In this document: positions 28,013-33,457 of the stretch, one piece after another
Numbering within the stretch: position 1 is the first letter of the stretch
How the letters are laid out: each line of letters starts with the position of its first letter
Assembly (NCBI GenBank): GCA_020425915.1
Contig: JAGQQZ010000613.1
Span: 1-33,457 of the forward strand
Reading direction: 5' to 3'
Source: Planctomycetota bacterium
GTDB lineage: Bacteria; Planctomycetota; UBA1135; UBA2386
Length of the DNA: 33,457 bases
Notes under the pieces: generated by a model
What the model was told of the DNA's origin: nothing
The model's input: the letters and a program-made list of their open reading frames with translations, nothing else
Database searches by the model: none
Translations under genes and position numbers: made by a program

Positions 28013-29845
28013 ATGCCAACCCACATTCTCGGCATTTCCGCGTTCTACCACGACTCGGCCGCCGCGCTACTGCGCGATGGGGAGATCGTGGCCGCTGCGC
28101 AGGAAGAACGGTTCACTCGGAAGAAGCACGACGCGGACTTCCCCAAGCACGCGGTCGAGTTCTGTCTCCAGAAGGCGGGGATTCGGGCAGAGGAGCTCGA
28201 CTACGTCGCGTTCTATGACAAGCCGATCCTGAAGTTCGATCGCCTCATGGAGACGTACCTCTCGTACGCGCCTCGAGGCATCAAGTCGTTCGCCAAGTTC
28301 CTACCCGTCTGGCTGGGCGAGAAGTTGCACACGCCACGCGCGCTCAACAAGGCGCTCGGTTGCAAGCCGAAGCGACCGTACGTGTTCCCCGAGCACCACG
28401 AGAGCCACGCGGCCTCGGCATTCTTCCCCTCGCCGTTCGAGGAAGCCGCGGTCGTCACGATGGACGGTGTCGGCGAATGGGCGACGACGAGCATCGGGAT
28501 CGGCGAAGGCAACAAGCTGCGCCTCACGCACGAGATCCGCTTCCCCCACTCCCTCGGACTGCTGTATTCGGCGTTCACGTACTACACCGGGTTCCGCGTG
28601 AACTCCGGCGAGTACAAGCTGATGGGACTCGCGCCGTACGGAGACCCCAAGTACGTCGACCTGATCCTCGACAACCTGATCGACCTCAAGGACGACGGCA
28701 GCTACCGGCTGGACATGTCGTACTTCGACTACGCAGCCGGACTGCGGATGACGAACGACAAGTTCCACCGTCTGTTCGGCAGACCGAACCGGAGACCGGA
28801 GACGGAGATCGAGCAGTTCCAGATGGACGTCGCCGCCTCGATCCAGAAGGTCACCGAGGAGGTCATGCTGCGAACGGTGCGGTTCGCGTACGAGTCCACG
28901 GGCAAGAAGAACCTGTGCCTCGCCGGCGGCGTCGCGCTGAACTGCGTCGGCAACGGGCGCGTATTGCGCGAAGGTCCGTTCGAGAACATCTGGATCCAAC
29001 CCGCGTCCGGCGACGCCGGTGGCGCCTTGGGTTGCGCGCAGATGGTCTGGCACCACCTGCTCGACAACCCGCGCGAGGTCCAGCCCATCGACTCGCAGAA
29101 CGCGAGCCTGCTCGGCCCGATCTACTCGTCCGACGAGATCCGTGACGCGCTGCGCGCGCAGGAATTGGAGTTCGAGGAGTTCGCGTCGGAGGACGAACTC
29201 TGCGACCGCGTCGCTGGGTTGATCGCCGACGAGAACGTGATCGGTTGGTTTCACGGCCGCATGGAGTTCGGTCCGCGAGCACTCGGCGCACGCAGCATCA
29301 TCGGAGATGCGCGGTCGCCGAAGATGCAGCGCGTGATGAACTTGAAGATCAAGTTCCGCGAGTCGTTCCGCCCGTTCGCGCCGATCGTCCTGCGTGATCG
29401 CGCGCACGAGTACTTCGACATCCGCCCCGACCAGGAGAGCCCCTACATGCTCATCGTCGCGCCGGTCCTCGAGAGCCGACGCAAGCCGGTCGACGAGTCG
29501 AAGTTCGGGATCGAGAAGCTCAACCAGCTCCGCTCGGACGTGCCGGCGATCACCCACGTCGACTACTCGGCGCGTCTGCAGACCATCGACGAATCCCGAG
29601 CCCCGCGCCTCGCCAAGATGATGCGGAAGTTCGAGGAGAAGACCGGCACGCCGGTCCTCATCAACACGAGTTTCAACATCCGCGGCGAGCCGATCGTCTG
29701 CACTCCCGACGACGCCATCCGCTGCTTCCTCGGCACCGAGATGGACGTGCTCGTGCTCGAGAACTTCGTCATCTGCCGTGACAAGCTCGCGAACGCCCCG
29801 AAGGTCGATCGCGAGAAGTACCTGTCCTCGTTCGCCCTCGACTGA
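28013..29845 (+). CDS. NodU/CmcH-family carbamoyltransferase (SxtI-like)
   Basis: MPTHILGISAFYHDSAAALLRDGEIVAAAQEERFTRKKHD is the hallmark N-terminus. Also present are LAGGVALNCVGNG, SGDAGGALG, GRMEFGPRALGARSI and NTSFNIRGEPIV. ATG at 28013 is preferred over the track start at 27935. Confidence 0.9.
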   Translation: MPTHILGISAFYHDSAAALLRDGEIVAAAQEERFTRKKHDADFPKHAVEFCLQKAGIRAEELDYVAFYDKPILKFDRLMETYLSYAPRGIKSFAKFLPVWLGEKLHTPRALNKALGCKPKRPYVFPEHHESHAASAFFPSPFEEAAVVTMDGVGEWATTSIGIGEGNKLRLTHEIRFPHSLGLLYSAFTYYTGFRVNSGEYKLMGLAPYGDPKYVDLILDNLIDLKDDGSYRLDMSYFDYAAGLRMTNDKFHRLFGRPNRRPETEIEQFQMDVAASIQKVTEEVMLRTVRFAYESTGKKNLCLAGGVALNCVGNGRVLREGPFENIWIQPASGDAGGALGCAQMVWHHLLDNPREVQPIDSQNASLLGPIYSSDEIRDALRAQELEFEEFASEDELCDRVAGLIADENVIGWFHGRMEFGPRALGARSIIGDARSPKMQRVMNLKIKFRESFRPFAPIVLRDRAHEYFDIRPDQESPYMLIVAPVLESRRKPVDESKFGIEKLNQLRSDVPAITHVDYSARLQTIDESRAPRLAKMMRKFEEKTGTPVLINTSFNIRGEPIVCTPDDAIRCFLGTEMDVLVLENFVICRDKLANAPKVDREKYLSSFALD

Positions 29846-29854
29846 TCTGAATCG

Positions 29855-30274
29855 ATGCTCAAGCTCGACCTCAACCCGCCGGTATCGCAGCTGCGACAGT
29901 TCGGAACGATCGCACTGTTCGGCTTCCCGCTCGTCGGGTTCATGATCTCGTGGAAGTTCCTCGAGGACCCGATGCACCCGACGTTCTGGGTGCTCCTCGC
30001 GGTCGGCGTCGTGACGTTCGTCCTGTCGAAGATCGACGCGAAGCTGATCAAGCCGATCTTCGTCGGCCTCATGGTCGTCGCGCTGCCGATCGGCCTGGTG
30101 ATCTCGTTCGTGCTGATGGGCCTGATCTACTACGGGATGGTGACGCCGATCGGGGTGCTGTTCCGCCTGTTCGGCCGCGATCCGCTCAACAAGACGCCGG
30201 ACCCCGATGCGAAGAGCTACTGGCACGTCCGCACCAAGCAGCCGTCGCCGGCTAGCTATCTCAAACAGTACTGA
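29855..30274 (+). CDS. SxtJ-like small polytopic membrane protein
   Basis: 139 aa starting 9 nt after the carbamoyltransferase stop. It has about 3-4 TM helices with LRQFG near the N-terminus. Size, topology and position match SxtJ-family proteins that follow carbamoyltransferases. The assignment is from memory, not a search. Confidence 0.6.
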   Translation: MLKLDLNPPVSQLRQFGTIALFGFPLVGFMISWKFLEDPMHPTFWVLLAVGVVTFVLSKIDAKLIKPIFVGLMVVALPIGLVISFVLMGLIYYGMVTPIGVLFRLFGRDPLNKTPDPDAKSYWHVRTKQPSPASYLKQY

Positions 30275-30288
30275 CTCGAATCCCTCTC

Positions 30289-30489
30289 ATGTCTGACGAA
30301 AACCAACGCGACTCGTTCGAGGAAGCGACGCAGGCCGGCCAACGCGGGCTGCTGGGCGAGTTCCTCGGTTTCATGAAGGACAACGCGAAGTGGTGGCTCA
30401 CGCCGTTCCTCATCGTGTTCGCGATCCTCGCGGTCGTCGTGATCCTCGGTTCCACCGGGGCCGCGCCGTTCATCTACACCCTGTTCTGA
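30289..30489 (+). CDS. DUF5989 / SxtK-like single-pass membrane protein
   Basis: 66 aa. The amphipathic [36 protein letters not shown] segment and the C-terminal [10 protein letters not shown] match my recollection of DUF5989 family sequences. It starts 14 nt after the SxtJ-like gene. Confidence 0.6.
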   Translation: MSDENQRDSFEEATQAGQRGLLGEFLGFMKDNAKWWLTPFLIVFAILAVVVILGSTGAAPFIYTLF

Positions 30490-30721
30490 TCGACGCGTCG
30501 CGCAGCGAGCCGTTCGAGGCTCGCGCCGACCCGCGAGGCACTCCATCGTGGTCGCGAAGGAGTGCTTCGCCGTTCCATGCCGTGGGGAGATTCGGACCGG
30601 ACGAGGTCCCGAATCGGGACGGCGTCAAGCCGAGGCCTCCCAGGGCCCGATATCCCGACAGCGACGCGCTGTGGGTCGGGCTCGCCGACGCAGGGCCGCA
30701 TCGCCCACACACGAAGACAAG

Positions 30722-31573
30722 ATGCGCGACCCTGGACTCGACACCTATCTCGCGTCGATCAACGAAGTTCCGCTGCTGACTCCCGAGCAGGAGATCGAGC
30801 TGGCGGAGAGAATCGGGAACGGCGACGCGGAAGCACGCGAGCACATGATTCGAGCCAATCTCCGGCTCGTCGTGTCGATCGCGAAGACGTATGTGAACCG
30901 CGGTCTCGCGTTCCTCGACCTCATCGAGGAAGGCAACATCGGCCTGATGAAGGCGGTGGAGAAGTTCGACCCGAACGCTGGATGTCGCTTTTCGACCTAC
31001 GCCACATGGTGGATCAAGCAGGGCATCCGACGCGCGCTGGTCAATACCGTCAAGACGGTGCGCGTCCCCTCCTACATGTCCGAGATCGTCTCGCGCTGGA
31101 AGGCGACGGCGATGGAGTTGAACTACCGGCTCGGACGTGCACCGACCTCATCGGAGATCGCGGAGGAGCTCGACCTGCCGGAACACAACTGGAACGTCGT
31201 CCGTGACACGGTCACGTCCAACTCGCAGCCGACGTTCTCGATGAGCGAGGACTCGGCGTCGATCACCGATCAGATGCAGGATCCGCGGACGGACTCGCCG
31301 ACGGACATCCTGTTCCAGCACCAGGAGCTCGAGCGCATGCGGGAACTGCTCGGCGACCTCGAGCAGCGCGAGCAGAAGATCCTGCGGATGCGCTACGGTC
31401 TCGACAACGGGGACTCGATGACGCTCAAGGCGATCGGCGAGAAGGTCGGGCTGACGCGGGAGCGCGTGCGCCAGATGGAGATCCAGGCGCTTCGCAAGCT
31501 CTACGATCGGATGTCACGCGAGTTCGGCGAGGAGTCGGCCACACCCCCGTCGCCGAATCGCAAGCCCCAGTAG
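30722..31573 (+). CDS. Sigma-70 family RNA polymerase sigma factor, short RpoD/RpoS-like (group 2-like; no region 1.1)
   Basis: Region 1.2 [20 protein letters not shown]. Region 2 [39 protein letters not shown]...[17 protein letters not shown]. Region 4.2 [30 protein letters not shown] at 30722 is preferred; the in-frame upstream extension from 30548 has poor GC3 and Arg-rich junk composition. Confidence 0.85.
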   Translation: MRDPGLDTYLASINEVPLLTPEQEIELAERIGNGDAEAREHMIRANLRLVVSIAKTYVNRGLAFLDLIEEGNIGLMKAVEKFDPNAGCRFSTYATWWIKQGIRRALVNTVKTVRVPSYMSEIVSRWKATAMELNYRLGRAPTSSEIAEELDLPEHNWNVVRDTVTSNSQPTFSMSEDSASITDQMQDPRTDSPTDILFQHQELERMRELLGDLEQREQKILRMRYGLDNGDSMTLKAIGEKVGLTRERVRQMEIQALRKLYDRMSREFGEESATPPSPNRKPQ

Positions 31574-31634
31574 TCGCGCGACCACGGACGGCAGCCATCT
31601 TGCCGAACGCCCGGGGACGACCGATCATGCCGGC

Positions 31635-32768
31635 TTGAACGCCGCAACGCTCTACGTCCACGTCCCGTTCTGCGTCGTGAAGTGCGGCTACTGCGACTTC
31701 AATTCGTACGCCGATCACGACGGCGCGTCGCACGACCGGTTTCTTCACGCGCTCGACGTCGAGCTCGCGCGAACCGCTCCGGAATCGCCACCATCGGTGT
31801 TCTTCGGTGGTGGCACCCCTACGTTCCTCGACCCACAACGGTTCGAGTCGCTGATGCGCATCGTCGGAAGGCACGTCGACCTCGCCGCCTGTCCCGAGGT
31901 GTCGCTCGAAGCCAATCCCGAGAGCGTCACGCGCGAGAAGGCGGAGCTCGCCATCGACGCCGGCGTCAATCGATTCAGTATCGGAGCGCAGACGTTCCAG
32001 CCCGAGCGCCTGAAGTTCCTCGACCGTGCACACGATGCAGCCGGCGTCGAACGCGCGTTCCTAGCACTGCGCGACGCCGGCGCGACCAACGTCAGTCTCG
32101 ACCTCATGTTCGGGCTCCCCGGCGAGACGCTCGAGGAGTGGAGTGCGGACCTGGCGCGCGCGCTCTCGTTGGGCCCGGATCACATGTCTTGCTACAACCT
32201 GACGTTCGAGCCCGGGACGAAACTCGAGCATGCGATGCGGCAGGGATCGGTGTCACCCAACGAACCCGAGGTCGACCTCGAGATGTTCGATCACACGCGC
32301 ACCGAACTCGAGCGCCACGGCTCCCTCGCGTATGAGATCAGCAACTTCGCCCGACGAGGTGGGCCGTGCCGCCACAACGATCACTACTGGCTACAGGGTG
32401 ACTACGCCGGTGTCGGTCCGGGCGCGGCCAGCCATCGCGCGGGCGAACGCACGACGAACCTGCGCGTCGTCGAACGTTGGGCGCAAGCCGTGGAGTCCGG
32501 CGCCCCCGCCTGGGGCGATCGCGAGGTACTGACTCCGGACCAGCGGGCCGGAGAAGCGATCTGGCTCGGACTGCGCCGCGCGGACGGGATCGACCTCGCC
32601 AAGGCCGCCGCAAGGCTCTCGATCGACCTCGAGGCGAGGTTCGGTCGGACGATCGACGGCTTCGTCGACGACGGTCTGATCCGTCGATCGGGCGGCCGGA
32701 TCGTCCTGACCGACCTCGGAATCCGCGTCGCCGACTCCGTGACGCAGGAGTTTCTGCAACCGCTCTAG
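31635..32768 (+). CDS. hemW: Radical SAM heme chaperone HemW (HemN-like, coproporphyrinogen-III-oxidase-like)
   Basis: LYVHVPFCVVKCGYCDFNS (CxxxCxxC radical SAM cluster), GGGTPTF and the HNDHYW motif. Apparent TTG start at 31635. Confidence 0.85.
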   Translation: MNAATLYVHVPFCVVKCGYCDFNSYADHDGASHDRFLHALDVELARTAPESPPSVFFGGGTPTFLDPQRFESLMRIVGRHVDLAACPEVSLEANPESVTREKAELAIDAGVNRFSIGAQTFQPERLKFLDRAHDAAGVERAFLALRDAGATNVSLDLMFGLPGETLEEWSADLARALSLGPDHMSCYNLTFEPGTKLEHAMRQGSVSPNEPEVDLEMFDHTRTELERHGSLAYEISNFARRGGPCRHNDHYWLQGDYAGVGPGAASHRAGERTTNLRVVERWAQAVESGAPAWGDREVLTPDQRAGEAIWLGLRRADGIDLAKAAARLSIDLEARFGRTIDGFVDDGLIRRSGGRIVLTDLGIRVADSVTQEFLQPL

Positions 32769-32837
32769 ACCACGATGCGATCATGTCGAAACTCAACCTG
32801 TGACGCCCCGACGCATCACGAATCCGACCGAGACCCC

Positions 32838-33272
32838 ATGAAGATCCGCGCGCTCGCCGCTGGCTTGCTGTTCCTCACCGCCACGTCGTGCGCCCTCGTG
32901 CGCTCGACCGAGAACCAACCGATCGATCCTGCGATCGTCCGGCAGTTCCAAGTCGGGGTGACGACCGCGCCCGAGGTGGTCGCCAAGCTCGGCGCTCCGA
33001 GTCAGATCGTCGAACTCGGCGAACGGAGTGCGTACCGCTACGGGCACACCGTGACCAAGGGCGCGGCGCTGATCCTGATCGCGTTCAACGTCGGGAACTC
33101 CGACTCGCGTGCAGACCGTCTCTGGGTGTTCTTCGACCGGAACGATGTGCTGACGCACGTCGGCGCGACGTTCGAATCCCACCGCCCGCAGTACGCGATG
33201 CCGTGGGAGGACGTGCACGAATCCGCGGACGATGCCGCTGCCGACGCCGGTCGTCCCGGTCTCGAGCCGTGA
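32838..33272 (+). CDS. Putative lipoprotein, possibly BamE/SmpA-OmlA-like
   Basis: MKIRALAAGLLFLTATSC is a signal peptide plus lipobox-like Cys. QFQVGVTTAPEVVAKLGAPSQIV resembles the BamE/SmpA_OmlA core (xGMTxxxVxxxLGxP). ATG at 32838 is preferred over 32775 so that the signal peptide is N-terminal. Confidence 0.55.
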   Translation: MKIRALAAGLLFLTATSCALVRSTENQPIDPAIVRQFQVGVTTAPEVVAKLGAPSQIVELGERSAYRYGHTVTKGAALILIAFNVGNSDSRADRLWVFFDRNDVLTHVGATFESHRPQYAMPWEDVHESADDAAADAGRPGLEP

Positions 33273-33457
33273 AGTCGGCCCGCGCACTGCTCGTCCTCGC
33301 GCTCGCGTCGACGGCCGGGTGCATCAGCTTCGACTACAGCCACGCATCCGTCGGTTCACCGGTCGACGACGCGACGCTCGAAGTCCTCGAGCCAGGCCGG
33401 ACGGATCTCTCGACCTGCCTGGCAACGCTCGGAGCGCCAGAACTCGTGTGGCCGTCC
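33269..33457 (+). CDS. Putative lipoprotein, 5' part (runs off the window end), possibly paralogous to the preceding gene
   Basis: GTG at 33269 overlaps the previous stop (GTGA). VKSARALLVLALASTAGC gives a good lipobox (TAGC). The frame stays open to the window end with high GC3, and TCLATLGAPELVW echoes KLGAPSQIV of the upstream gene. Confidence 0.45.
   Translation, partial: MKSARALLVLALASTAGCISFDYSHASVGSPVDDATLEVLEPGRTDLSTCLATLGAPELVWPS

Noticed and set aside
28301-30226. 641-aa minus-strand ORF
   Set aside because: It is antisense to the carbamoyltransferase and SxtJ-like genes and spans their intergenic gap. No motifs are present and the composition is Arg/Asp/Glu/Val-rich antisense.

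Overview
High-GC (about two-thirds G+C by eye), very gene-dense bacterial chromosomal segment with about 33 CDS. I found no rRNA, tRNA, CRISPR array, transposase, integrase or obvious compositional island. Most long ORFs in the track are antisense or over-extended high-GC artefacts. Content from left to right: (1) a minus-strand chain pyrF-bshC-bshB1-parA, which pairs bacillithiol biosynthesis genes with an orphan ParA-like ATPase that carries an acidic tail. (2) pntAA-pntAB-pntB, a split proton-translocating transhydrogenase. (3) A divergent XRE regulator / ECF sigma pair. (4) An NhaD-type antiporter. (5) An SNF2 helicase joined by an ATGA overlap to a SWIM zinc-finger protein. (6) A 12.6-kb, 12-gene minus-strand respiratory operon, actABCDEF (Alternative Complex III) - small membrane protein - SCO copper chaperone - caa3-type cytochrome c oxidase II/I/III/IV. 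(7) A secreted SGNH hydrolase divergent from an sxtIJK-like trio (NodU/CmcH carbamoyltransferase, SxtJ-like and DUF5989-like membrane proteins). (8) A short group-2-like sigma-70 factor, hemW, and two tandem lipoprotein genes. The window is mostly housekeeping. The best candidates for poorly described biology are the carbamoyltransferase/SxtJ/DUF5989/SGNH module, the SNF2+SWIM pair, the ParA-like ATPase chained to the bacillithiol genes, the anti-sigma-less ECF/XRE pair, and the unassigned small subunit and His-rich inserts of the ACIII-oxidase operon. All family calls come from motif recognition by eye; no database search was run.
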